Source of the DNA: Magnetococcales bacterium DC0425bin3
GTDB lineage: Bacteria > Pseudomonadota > Magnetococcia > Magnetococcales > DC0425bin3
NCBI GenBank assembly: GCA_002753665.1
Contig: PEAP01000002.1
Span: forward strand, 14,365-78,364
DNA length: 64,000 nt
Direction: 5' to 3'
Positions 1 to 8,721 of this stretch are shown here, in pieces. Position 1 is the first letter of the stretch, and the number at the start of each line of letters is the position of its first letter. The notes beneath the pieces are model-generated. The model did not search any database and was not told the origin of the DNA. It saw only the letters and a list, made by a program, of their open reading frames with translations. A program made the position numbers and the translations under genes.

Positions 1-114
1 AAGGCCGAGGAAGAGCGCCGCAAGGCCGAGGAAGAGCGCCGCAAGGCCGAGGAAGAGCGCCGCAAGGCCGAAGAGGAGAGCCGCAAGGCCGAAGAGGAGA
101 GCCGCAAGGCCGAG
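1..114 (+). repeat. 21-bp coding tandem repeat (RKAEEE[R/S]), ~5.4 units visible
   Basis: CGCAAGGCCGAGGAAGAGCGC / CGCAAGGCCGAAGAGGAGAGC units. Confidence 0.95.
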
Positions 115-615
115 ATGACAGCCTTTCAGGAAAAAATGGATCGCCGCCAGGAAAAGTCGGATCGGGATTTCGCCCGCCTCCAACAGGAGCTGGGCCGGTT
201 CGGCAACCGCTGGGGGGAGTTCGTGGAAGAAATGGTCGCCCCGGCCTGCGAAACCCTGTTCGCCGACCGCGGCATCCCGGTCTACAAGGTCAGCCGCAGG
301 GTCAAAGCCAGGTTGCCAGGCAACCGCCAAATGGAAATCGACCTGCTGGTGGTGGACGATGGCGTGGTCATCCCCGTGGAAGTGAAAAGCAAACTCTCCC
401 ACGACGACGTGCTGGATCACCTGCGGCGGCTGGCGGAATTCAAGGAGTTCTTCAAAGAATATGCCGATAAAAAGGTGATGGGCGCCGTGGCGGGTATCGT
501 GGTCGAGGACAACGTGAAACGCTTCGCCATGAACGAAGGCCTGTTCCTCATCGTCCAGTCCGGCGAGAGCGTCATCCTGGCCAACAGCCCGGACTTCGTG
601 CCACGGTCGTGGTGA
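1..615 (+). CDS. DUF3782-like coiled-coil / PD-(D/E)XK nuclease-fold protein, copy 1 (5'-truncated by window edge)
   Basis: Open frame from base 1 through RKAEEE(R/S) repeats into GNRWGEFVEEMVAP...MEIDLL...VEVKSKL (D...ExK motif); reads as identical to the inverted copy at 62885-63715. Confidence 0.85.
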   Translation, partial: KAEEERRKAEEERRKAEEERRKAEEESRKAEEESRKAEMTAFQEKMDRRQEKSDRDFARLQQELGRFGNRWGEFVEEMVAPACETLFADRGIPVYKVSRRVKARLPGNRQMEIDLLVVDDGVVIPVEVKSKLSHDDVLDHLRRLAEFKEFFKEYADKKVMGAVAGIVVEDNVKRFAMNEGLFLIVQSGESVILANSPDFVPRSW

Positions 616-652
616 GATGGGGGAAACCTCCCTCCACCCTCCATCAAAGTTA
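616..652. repeat. Dispersed palindromic element, copy A (second-hairpin half only)
   Basis: GATGGGGGAAACCTCCCTCCACCCTCCATCAAAGTTA directly after the DUF3782-like stop codon. Confidence 0.8.
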
Positions 653-680
653 CTCCCGCTGGTACCATGAAAGGACGGCC

Positions 681-2222
681 ATGACCGCGGCCCCTGGATA
701 TCGCGCCCTGTTTTCCCTCCACGATCCGGAAGTCGGCATCGCCCCGGCCCGACTGCTCACCGCCCTGGGCTGGGAGGTGGTGGCTTCCCGGGAGACCGCC
801 AGCGTGCTGCGCCAGACCGGTCTGTCGGTGCGGTTTCTGGAGGACTATCTGGGGGCCTCCTTCGATCTGCCCTTTCCCCCCACCCTGCATCCGCGCATGG
901 AGGCGGCCCTGACCCTGGCCGACCATCCGGAGCCGATCCACCTGGTGCTGGTGATGCCCTATCCCCGGGACGTGGGCAACGACGTGGGCGGGCGGACCCT
1001 GCTGGCCCTGGCGGCCAAGGGCGGGAGGATTCCGGTCATGGACCGGGAGGGGCTGGCCCGGGTGACCGCCGCCCTGGAGGAGACCGGCCAGGTGGGGGAG
1101 GCCCTGCAACGGCAGCTGGCGGCCCGGGTCCACCAGGCCATCGCCGGCCATTTTGCCGGCCTGGCCCGGGAGGGCGACCGGTTCGAGACCCTGCAGGGGC
1201 AATTCCATGCGCTCCTCCTCAACGGGGAAAACCCCTATCAGGTGCCGGCCGCCCATTTCCGTGGGGAGACGGACGACCCCCTGGCCCTGCACCGGTTCGA
1301 AAGGGTTTCTGGCGAGGATCCCTGTTTCACCAACCTGGCCGATGCCGACTGCATTCTGCACACCATGAGCCTGCTGGCCGAAGGGTTTCGCAGGAATTTC
1401 GGTCGGGTCCCCCATCTGGCGGTGGCGGCCAAGCATGGCAATCCCTGCGGGGCGGCATTCCACTGGGACGATCCCGGGACGGTCCTGGAGCAGACCCTGT
1501 TCGGCAATCCCCGGGCGGTGTGGGGCGGGGAGATGATCACCAATTTTCCCATCGTGGGAGCGTTGGGCATGGCGTTGGCCAGGAGTGCCCGGCGGGAGGT
1601 CCTGCTGGGCCAGGCCGGCTGGATGCTGGATCTGGTCATGGCGCCCGGCTTCGACGGCGCCGCGGTGGAGGCGCTGGGCCGGCGGGAGCGGCGCAAGCTG
1701 CTGGCCAATCCGGCCCTGGAGCATCCCGGACTGTCCGGGGCGGCTCTGTTCGCCCACCGCATGGTGCGCGGGGGGTTTCTGCGCCAGCCGCCGCCCCATT
1801 ATGTCCTGGATCTGGCCGAGACGGATGGCGCCGGCGCGATGCCCGATGACCCGCTGGTGCGGGGCGGGCTGATCCTGGCCTGGGCGGTGGCGTTCAGTTC
1901 CAGCCACGGTGGCAACGAGGTGGCCCTGGTGGCGGCGGATCATCTGGCCGGCGTGGGAGGGGGTCCCTCGACGGTGGAGGCGGTGGCGACGGCCATCGAC
2001 CGGAGCCGGGCCAACGGGCATGATCTCCGGGGGGCCGTCTTCGGCGCCGACGCCTTTTTTCCCTTCGAGGATGCCCCCCGGCTGTTGATAGAGTCGGGCT
2101 GCGCCTGGGGCGTCGTGCCCGGCGGGGGGGTGCGGTTCGCCGAGGTGCGGCAGTGTTTCGCCGACCGGGGGGTGGGGGTGGGTTACCTTCCCGAATGGTG
2201 CCGGGGCTTCTGCCGGCATTGA
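681..2222 (+). CDS. Divergent PurH-like (AICAR transformylase/IMP cyclohydrolase fold) protein
   Basis: TLHP, NDVGGRT..AAK, GENPYQ, NLADAD, KHGNPCG, DAFFPFED, PGGGVR and C-terminal F.RH echo PurH motifs; ATG 681 has AAGGA upstream. Confidence 0.8.
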   Translation: MTAAPGYRALFSLHDPEVGIAPARLLTALGWEVVASRETASVLRQTGLSVRFLEDYLGASFDLPFPPTLHPRMEAALTLADHPEPIHLVLVMPYPRDVGNDVGGRTLLALAAKGGRIPVMDREGLARVTAALEETGQVGEALQRQLAARVHQAIAGHFAGLAREGDRFETLQGQFHALLLNGENPYQVPAAHFRGETDDPLALHRFERVSGEDPCFTNLADADCILHTMSLLAEGFRRNFGRVPHLAVAAKHGNPCGAAFHWDDPGTVLEQTLFGNPRAVWGGEMITNFPIVGALGMALARSARREVLLGQAGWMLDLVMAPGFDGAAVEALGRRERRKLLANPALEHPGLSGAALFAHRMVRGGFLRQPPPHYVLDLAETDGAGAMPDDPLVRGGLILAWAVAFSSSHGGNEVALVAADHLAGVGGGPSTVEAVATAIDRSRANGHDLRGAVFGADAFFPFEDAPRLLIESGCAWGVVPGGGVRFAEVRQCFADRGVGVGYLPEWCRGFCRH

Positions 2223-2302
2223 TCGGTCCCCTGGCGTCCCGGGGAACCAACCCGACCCCGGACAGGTCTCATTGCCCACGGTTCCTCGCCGAACCCGACG
2301 GT

Positions 2303-2374
2303 TTACCGTGGAAGTCGCGTTGCGACTTCCATCGGTGGAGGGTGGAGGGAGGCTTCCCCCATCCAATCGAGGTC
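2303..2374 (-). repeat. Dispersed palindromic element, copy B (full)
   Basis: TTACCGTGGAAGTCGC-GTT-GCGACTTCCATCGGTGGAGGGTGGAGGGAGGCTTCCCCCATCCAATCGAGGTC. Confidence 0.9.
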
Positions 2375-2398
2375 AACTCCATCTCAAAGGCAAGCCAC

Positions 2399-3457
2399 GT
2401 GACCGAACTCAAAAAAATCGTCCAGGGCGGTCTCAAGGTCCTCGCCGGCAAGGTCCTCAAGCGGAACATTCCCTTCGAGATCAATATTCACATCACCGAC
2501 AAGTGCAACATGCACTGCACCTACTGCTACTCCAACTTCTACAAGCGCAAGACGCCGGAGATTCCCAAGGAAAGGATCTTCGCCATCGTCGATGCCTTTC
2601 AGGAGCTGGGGGCGGTGGAGGTCTCCCTGATCGGCGGTGAACCCCTGATCCACAGCCAGTTCGACGCCATCGTGGACTACATCAAGTCCCGGGGTCTGTT
2701 CTGTTCGGCGGTCACCAACGGCTGGTACCTGCCGCGCCACATGGACACCGCCCGCAAGCTGGACATGGTCTGCGTCAGCCTGGACGGCCCCCGGGAGATC
2801 AACGACATCACCCGGGGGGAGGGCAGCCATCAGAAGGCCGTGGCCGCCCTGGAGCTGCTCCAGCAGGCCGGCATCAACCGGCAGCTGCGCTGCACCCTGC
2901 AGAAACACAACCTCCACGCCGTGGAGCAGGTGCTGGAGATCGGCGAACGCTACGGGGCCAACGTCAACTTCGGCCTGCTGTTTCCCCAGAGCAGCGACGC
3001 CGGGGACAGCAAGATCGTCAGCGGGGATACCCCCCAGGACACGGCCTACAAGGACGCGCTGCGCCGCATCATCGCCATGAAACGGGCCAACCCGGCCCGC
3101 TTCTTCAACTCCATGCGCAACTTCGAGAATGCCCTCAACTGGCCCACCAGCTACCAGAAATTTTTTCTCAATCGGGCCGAGTTGCGGCAGTATCCGCACT
3201 TTCGGGCGGTGCCCTGCTACGGCGGCCGCACCTTCGCCACCATCGACACCGACGGCCGCCTCTATCCCTGCACCAACCTGATCGGCTTCTACGACGCCCC
3301 CAACGTGCTGGAAATGGACATCAAGGAGGCCTGGCACCGCATCAAGGATCACGATTGCAGCGCCTGCTTCTATCTCTCCAGCGTGGAGAAGAACCTGATC
3401 TCCGATCTCGACCCGGGCGCCATCCTCAACTTCTTCCGGGTCAAACGGTTGCGCTGA
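2399..3457 (+). CDS. Radical SAM protein with Twitch/SPASM-type C-terminus (1 of 4)
   Basis: CNMHCTYC, GGEP, SLDG; C-terminal PCYGG..DGRLYPC..CSAC; GTG start inferred. Confidence 0.9.
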   Translation: MTELKKIVQGGLKVLAGKVLKRNIPFEINIHITDKCNMHCTYCYSNFYKRKTPEIPKERIFAIVDAFQELGAVEVSLIGGEPLIHSQFDAIVDYIKSRGLFCSAVTNGWYLPRHMDTARKLDMVCVSLDGPREINDITRGEGSHQKAVAALELLQQAGINRQLRCTLQKHNLHAVEQVLEIGERYGANVNFGLLFPQSSDAGDSKIVSGDTPQDTAYKDALRRIIAMKRANPARFFNSMRNFENALNWPTSYQKFFLNRAELRQYPHFRAVPCYGGRTFATIDTDGRLYPCTNLIGFYDAPNVLEMDIKEAWHRIKDHDCSACFYLSSVEKNLISDLDPGAILNFFRVKRLR

Positions 3458-4077
3458 TGCCCTGCCCCCACTGCACGGATCATCTGCCCCTGTCGGTGAG
3501 GGTGGCCCGGATCGAAACCCGGTGCAAGTATCATCCCCGGGAGGGGCTGGTCTATGGCCCCGCGGCCCTGGTGCCCAACGGCTTGTGCCGGGAGCTGTTC
3601 TGCGCCGCCTATCCCGAGGCCCTGGCGGTGCTGTACAACGGCCGACCCCGGCGCCTGCGCCCCCGCCAGCAGGGGCAGGCGGTGAGCTTCGCCCGCTGCC
3701 CCGCACCCGGTGGAGTGCGGGTGGCGGTGCGCTGCCGGGACAAACTGCCCCCGCCCCTGCGGGTGGCCAAGGAGCTGGCCGAGGAGGCCTGCAAGGTGCT
3801 GTTCCGGCCGGTGGACGCCCATTTCCGCGGCGTGACCATCGAGGTGCTGGAGGTGGGTCCCGCCTGCCACAAGGGCTATGAACCGGGGCGCCGTTTCGAG
3901 TTCAACGTGGGCGATACCCGGCAGCTGTGTCCGGCCGGTTTCGCCGCCATCCAGCCCCATGTCGGCCGGCTGGCCGCCAGCGGCGCGGACCAGGCCCCCC
4001 TGACCGTGCATTGCCCCGACTGGGTGGGGGTCACCTACGAGATTCGCCTGGACGCCCCGGGAGCCACCCCCCCATGA
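3457..4077 (+). CDS. TIGR04076-like Cys-motif protein (two domains)
   Basis: Two repeats of V..V...C...G......LC...F.A.[YQ]P....L....CP..V.[FY]; ATG overlaps upstream TGA. Confidence 0.7.
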   Translation: MPCPHCTDHLPLSVRVARIETRCKYHPREGLVYGPAALVPNGLCRELFCAAYPEALAVLYNGRPRRLRPRQQGQAVSFARCPAPGGVRVAVRCRDKLPPPLRVAKELAEEACKVLFRPVDAHFRGVTIEVLEVGPACHKGYEPGRRFEFNVGDTRQLCPAGFAAIQPHVGRLAASGADQAPLTVHCPDWVGVTYEIRLDAPGATPP

Positions 4078-4583
4078 CCGACCGTGACGGCATGACCCGC
4101 TGCCGCCGCTTCAACCGGCTGAGCCTCCGGATGCGCCTGGATGGCCCCGGTGGCCGGCAGAGCCTGACCCTGGCGGAGATCCTGCCCGGGGGGTTGTGCC
4201 CGCTGGCCTTTCATGCCATCTATCCCTATGTGCTGACCCTGGCCCGGGGCGGCTGGTTCAACTGGGTGGGATTCGACGAGCATGTGATCGTCCACTGTCC
4301 CGCCTCCCAGGGGGTGGCCTTCCATGTCAAGGCCCCAGGGCCGGGCGCGGCCGACGGGGTGGTGGCGGAGGTGCTTCGCACCCGGGGGGAGGTGCCCTGC
4401 GGATACCCGCTGGGGCGGTCCTTCACCCTGGCGGCCCCGGGACCGGCCCTGGCGGCCCTGGACCATTGCCTGACCCGGGTGGACCATGTTCCGGCGACTG
4501 GCGGTACACTGGATTTCGTGGTGGAGGAGGCCGGCCAGCCCTGCCTCTGCCGGGTGGACATCAGGGAGGATCGAACGTCATGA
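4074..4583 (+). CDS. TIGR04076-like Cys-motif protein
   Basis: PGGLCPLAFHAIYPYVLTLARGGWFNW...VHCP..GVAF; ATGA overlap. Confidence 0.7.
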   Translation: MTDRDGMTRCRRFNRLSLRMRLDGPGGRQSLTLAEILPGGLCPLAFHAIYPYVLTLARGGWFNWVGFDEHVIVHCPASQGVAFHVKAPGPGAADGVVAEVLRTRGEVPCGYPLGRSFTLAAPGPALAALDHCLTRVDHVPATGGTLDFVVEEAGQPCLCRVDIREDRTS

Positions 4584-5389
4584 CAGACCCTCTGCAAGGC
4601 AAGAGCGCATTGATCACCGGCGCCTCCCGGGGCGTGGGTCGGGCCATCGCCCTGGCCCTGGCCCGGGAAGGCATGAAGGTGGGACTGCTGGCCCGGGCTT
4701 CGGGGCGGCTGGACCGCACCGCGGCGGCGGTCAACGAGGCCGGCGGCGAAGGGCTGGCCCTGGCGGCGGATCTGACCGTGGCCGCGGACGTGACCCGGGC
4801 CGCCCAGACCTTCACCGATCACTGGGGCGTGCCCGACTATCTGATCAACAACGCCGGCATCGGCGCCCGGGGCTTCTGGAGCGATCTCACCCTGGAGACC
4901 GAGCAGGCCATCATGGCGGTCAACTATACCGCCCCCGTCATCCTGATCCGTCGGCTGCTGCCGGGCATGCTGGCCGCCGGACGGGGCCATGTCATCAACA
5001 TCAACTCCATCGCCGGCCTCTACGCCGCCCCCTACCAGAGCGCCTACTGCGCCTCCAAGGCCGCCCTGCTGGCCTATTGCGACGGGTTGGGGTACGAGCT
5101 GGAGCAGAGCCCGGTCCACATCTCCACCCTGTTTCCGGGCCCCATCGAAACCGACTTCCTGGCCAATCCCAACTACGAATCCTTTCGCCAGGCCGGCGAC
5201 AAGGTGACTCCGGAATTCATGGCGCACAAGGTGCTGGAGGTGATGGCCAACCCCCGGGAGCGGCTGTTCATCGGTCCGGCCTGGAAGCATTGGGCGGTGA
5301 AGGTGACCGGTCTGCACCCCACCTTCTTCCGCGGCCTGATCGAGAAGAAGAACACCCCGCCCCGGCGCCTGGGCGGAGCGCAGGACTGA
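4580..5389 (+). CDS. Short-chain dehydrogenase/reductase (SDR)
   Basis: TGASRGVG, NNAG, S...YCASK motifs; ATGA overlap. Confidence 0.92.
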   Translation: MTDPLQGKSALITGASRGVGRAIALALAREGMKVGLLARASGRLDRTAAAVNEAGGEGLALAADLTVAADVTRAAQTFTDHWGVPDYLINNAGIGARGFWSDLTLETEQAIMAVNYTAPVILIRRLLPGMLAAGRGHVININSIAGLYAAPYQSAYCASKAALLAYCDGLGYELEQSPVHISTLFPGPIETDFLANPNYESFRQAGDKVTPEFMAHKVLEVMANPRERLFIGPAWKHWAVKVTGLHPTFFRGLIEKKNTPPRRLGGAQD

Positions 5390-5408
5390 CAGACGACCGG
5401 AGGTCGAC

Positions 5409-6512
5409 ATGGGCTTCCTGCAACTGGCACGGAACCGGGCACGCATCATCGCCGGTCTGGGGCGCTACCACCGCACCGGCCGGCGCCGGCCCATCTTTGC
5501 CCACCTGATCCTCACCAACCGCTGCAACATGAAGTGTCGGTACTGCTTCGTCGATGTCAATTCCGACATCCAGTCCGACCTCACCCTGGACGAGTGGCGC
5601 CAGACCCTCGACGGCCTGCACCGGCGGGGCTGCATTTCGGTCACCTTCATGGGCGGCGAACCCCTGCTGTTCGACGGGGTGGATGCGTTGATCGACCATG
5701 CCAAGGGCCTGGGCCTCAACCTGGACATGATCACCAACGGCATCGGGGTGGAGAAGCACGCCGCCGCCCTGGCCAAGCTGGACGCGGTGATGGTCAGCCT
5801 GGACGGTCCCCCCGAGGCCAACGCCGTCAACCGCGGCAAGAACGCCTTCCGCGTCACCCTGGAGGCCATCGAGTTCTTCAAGAAGATCGGCGTGCCGGTG
5901 CGCATCAACTGCATGGCCAACCGCCAGAGCCGGGACGCCATTCCCTGGATGCTGGACTTCGCCCGGACCCACCGGGTGCCCATCACCTTCAACCTGCTGG
6001 CCACCTTCCCCCCGGGCCGCCGGGAGCTGGAAGAGGAGATCATGCTGACCCGGGAGGAGGCCAAGGACTACTATCGGACCCTGCTGCACCTCAAACGCAC
6101 CGATCCGGAGCGGGGACGGTACATCCTCTTCTCGGAGTCGGCCCTGCGCCATGTCATCGATTACCCCCTGCCGTACCGGGAGGTGATCTGGCGCCGGCCG
6201 GGGGAGGTCCTCGATCCACGTGAAACCTGCCTGTTCGGGCAGGTGTGGGTCCACATCGACAGCAACGGCGACATCTATCCCTGTTCCACCCTGTGGAACA
6301 TTCCGGAGCGGTTCCAGCCGGGCAATCTGCGCAGCCACGGCCTGGACGCCGCCCTGGCCCGCTCCGCCGACCTGCCCTGCCGGAGCTGCTTCTGGCCCGC
6401 CCCCCTGGAATGGCGGCGGATGTTGACCCCCCGGGGGATGCTGGACGGCCTGCGGATCACCGTCACCCAGGTCATCGGTCAACGGTTCACTCGCCGCCCG
6501 ACTCCCCCATGA
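5409..6512 (+). CDS. Radical SAM protein with Twitch/SPASM-type C-terminus (2 of 4)
   Basis: CNMKCRYC, GGEP, SLDG; CLFG..NGDIYPC..CRSC; GGAGG RBS. Confidence 0.9.
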   Translation: MGFLQLARNRARIIAGLGRYHRTGRRRPIFAHLILTNRCNMKCRYCFVDVNSDIQSDLTLDEWRQTLDGLHRRGCISVTFMGGEPLLFDGVDALIDHAKGLGLNLDMITNGIGVEKHAAALAKLDAVMVSLDGPPEANAVNRGKNAFRVTLEAIEFFKKIGVPVRINCMANRQSRDAIPWMLDFARTHRVPITFNLLATFPPGRRELEEEIMLTREEAKDYYRTLLHLKRTDPERGRYILFSESALRHVIDYPLPYREVIWRRPGEVLDPRETCLFGQVWVHIDSNGDIYPCSTLWNIPERFQPGNLRSHGLDAALARSADLPCRSCFWPAPLEWRRMLTPRGMLDGLRITVTQVIGQRFTRRPTPP

Positions 6513-6540
6513 ATTCCTGCCGACAGCGTGGTTTGCCGCG

Positions 6541-7653
6541 ATGAAAATGTCCTGGTACCTCGGTCTGCTCAAGGGCATCCTGCAAGTGCGGGCCCTGGGG
6601 CGCCCCGTGCCGCTGATGACCCACTGGGAGATCACCTACCGGTGCAATCTCAACTGCACCTTCTGCGGATCGCGTCTGGATCCCAACGCCTGGGGCAAGG
6701 AGACCTCCACCGGGCAGGCCAAACGGATCATCGACCAGTTGGCGGAACTGGGGACCCGGGTCCTCAACTTCGTGGGGGGGGAACCCACCCTGCGCAGCGA
6801 TCTGGGTGACCTGCTGGCCCATGCCCGCTCCCGGGGACTGCGGGTGGCGGTGACCACCAACGGCGTGATGGACGACCAGCGCCGGTCCATGCTGCTGGAG
6901 GCCGATGTGCTGCGGGTCAGCCTGGAAGGCGCGCCGGAACTCAACCGGGAACTGCGTCGGGCGCCCCCGGGGGTGGACGGCATGGCCGAGGCCATCCGCA
7001 CCCTGGAATTCCTGGTGGCCCACAACCGGCGGCCGGCCATCGGCACCACCTATTCCCGCCGCACCCGGGACGCGGACATGGACTATCTCGCCAGTCTCTG
7101 CCGTCGGCTGGGCATCCGCATGAGCATCGTGCCGGTGGACGGCTACAGCTTCGGCGACAAACGCGGGGGCTTCGATCTGGAAGACGCCCGGGAGCGTCAG
7201 GGCAAGCTGGACCACCTCCAGTTCCCCCTGAGCGAGAGCATGGCCCGCATTCAGGCCGTTCGCGCCCGGCACCGGGACGTGGTCACCTCCGGGGAGCCCA
7301 GTTGGAGCGTCCTGAGGGCCGGCGGTCTGGAAAAGGTGGGCTGCCTGGCCATGAACACCGCCCTGAGCATCAAGCCCAATGGCGATGTGGCCCTGCCTTG
7401 CATCGAATTTCCCCACCGCACCGTGTCTTCGGACGACCTGCGGGCGGCCTTCTACGGACCCGAGGCCCAGGAGGCCCGCCGTCGCCAGGGCACTTACTGG
7501 TTCTGTTCCAACTGTCAGTTGTTCTGCATGGTCTACGCCAGCTCTCTGGTACGGCTCGGGCCACTGCTCAACGTGGCCCGGGAGTTCGTGCCCCAGGTGC
7601 TGCCCCAATGGGCCCAGACCCGTCCCGCGGGCGTCGCGGGCGATCAGGCCTGA
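6541..7653 (+). CDS. Radical SAM protein with Twitch/SPASM-type C-terminus (3 of 4)
   Basis: CNLNCTFC, GGEP; CLAM..NGDVALPC..CSNCQLFC. Confidence 0.9.
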   Translation: MKMSWYLGLLKGILQVRALGRPVPLMTHWEITYRCNLNCTFCGSRLDPNAWGKETSTGQAKRIIDQLAELGTRVLNFVGGEPTLRSDLGDLLAHARSRGLRVAVTTNGVMDDQRRSMLLEADVLRVSLEGAPELNRELRRAPPGVDGMAEAIRTLEFLVAHNRRPAIGTTYSRRTRDADMDYLASLCRRLGIRMSIVPVDGYSFGDKRGGFDLEDARERQGKLDHLQFPLSESMARIQAVRARHRDVVTSGEPSWSVLRAGGLEKVGCLAMNTALSIKPNGDVALPCIEFPHRTVSSDDLRAAFYGPEAQEARRRQGTYWFCSNCQLFCMVYASSLVRLGPLLNVAREFVPQVLPQWAQTRPAGVAGDQA

Positions 7654-7667
7654 GAGAGGATCCACCC

Positions 7668-8720
7668 ATGTTGGGACCCCTCAAGACTCTCTATCGTGGT
7701 CGCGGCGCCGCCCTGGCCCTGCTCAAACAGAAGCTGACCGGCCGGCGCATCCCGGTGCGGGTCAGCTTTCTGGTCACCAAGCGCTGCAACCTGCGCTGCT
7801 TCTACTGTTATGCCATGGACGTGATCGAGAACAAGGCGCTGCAGGAGCCCAGCCTGGCCGACCTGACCGGCATTCTCGACCAGATTCATGCCGCCGGCTG
7901 CCGCTGGATCAACATCCTGGGCGGGGAGCCCCTGATCCGGAAGGATATCGACCAATTCATCGACTACGCCCGGGCCAAGGGCTTTTTCCTGGAACTGACC
8001 ACCAACGGCTTCTATGTGCGCCAGCACATCGAGGCCCTGCGCCAGCTGGACCATCTCTGCATCAGTCTGGACGGCAACAAGGAGGCCAACGACAAGGGGC
8101 GAGGCAAGGACAGCTTCGAAAAGATCGTCGATGCCATCGAGTTCGCCGTGGCCGAGGGCCTGTCGGTGCGGGTCCACGCCACCCTTTGCCGCCGCACCAT
8201 GGCCCAGGAGTCCCTGACGTTTCTGGCCGGGTTCTGCAATCGCCTCGGCGTGCGGCTCAACTACTCGGAAAACGGCCTGCCCGGCATCGAGCAGATGGAC
8301 CCGGATTTCCTGCTCTCCGAAGAGGAGACCATGGCCTTCTACCGCAGCTACAAGGACCTCAAAAAGCGCGGCCTGCCCATCGTCAGTTCCGACGTGGCGG
8401 TGGCCTATGCCGACAAATGGCCCCTGCCGGACCGCACCACACTCTACCAGAAAGACCTGCCCCAGGTTCCGGCGGACAGCTACTACCCCTGCCAACTGGG
8501 ACGCAACCAGTGCTTCATCAGCGCCGACGGCAACGTCTATCCCTGCACCAAGAAATGGGGCGAGGGCAAGAACCTCTATGAGGTGGGCTTCCAGGCCGCC
8601 TGGGACCATCTGGCCGACCTGGACTGCGTGGCCTGCAAGGAGCTGGGCACCATCGAGCAGAGCGTGATCCTGGGGCTGCAACCCCGGGCGGTACTCAACG
8701 GATTGCTCAATTTCGGTTGA
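7668..8720 (+). CDS. Radical SAM protein with Twitch/SPASM-type C-terminus (4 of 4)
   Basis: CNLRCFYC, GGEP, SLDG; CQLG..DGNVYPC..CVAC; GAGGA RBS before ATG 7668. Confidence 0.9.
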   Translation: MLGPLKTLYRGRGAALALLKQKLTGRRIPVRVSFLVTKRCNLRCFYCYAMDVIENKALQEPSLADLTGILDQIHAAGCRWINILGGEPLIRKDIDQFIDYARAKGFFLELTTNGFYVRQHIEALRQLDHLCISLDGNKEANDKGRGKDSFEKIVDAIEFAVAEGLSVRVHATLCRRTMAQESLTFLAGFCNRLGVRLNYSENGLPGIEQMDPDFLLSEEETMAFYRSYKDLKKRGLPIVSSDVAVAYADKWPLPDRTTLYQKDLPQVPADSYYPCQLGRNQCFISADGNVYPCTKKWGEGKNLYEVGFQAAWDHLADLDCVACKELGTIEQSVILGLQPRAVLNGLLNFG

Positions 8721-8721
8721 A

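Larger units (their letters stand above)
1..624 (+). repeat. Left arm of long inverted repeat (pairs with 62876-63499)
   Basis: Position n pairs with 63500-n; identity runs to TGAGATGGGGGA then diverges. Confidence 0.92.

Noticed and set aside
417-2366. ORF-track proteins or extensions containing [12 protein letters not shown] or RLSSVEGGGR
   Set aside because: These peptides are translations of the dispersed DNA repeat, not a protein family.
2399-8720. Radical SAM cluster as a RiPP pathway
   Set aside because: No short precursor ORF, RRE/PqqD domain or peptidase; intergenic gaps are too small.
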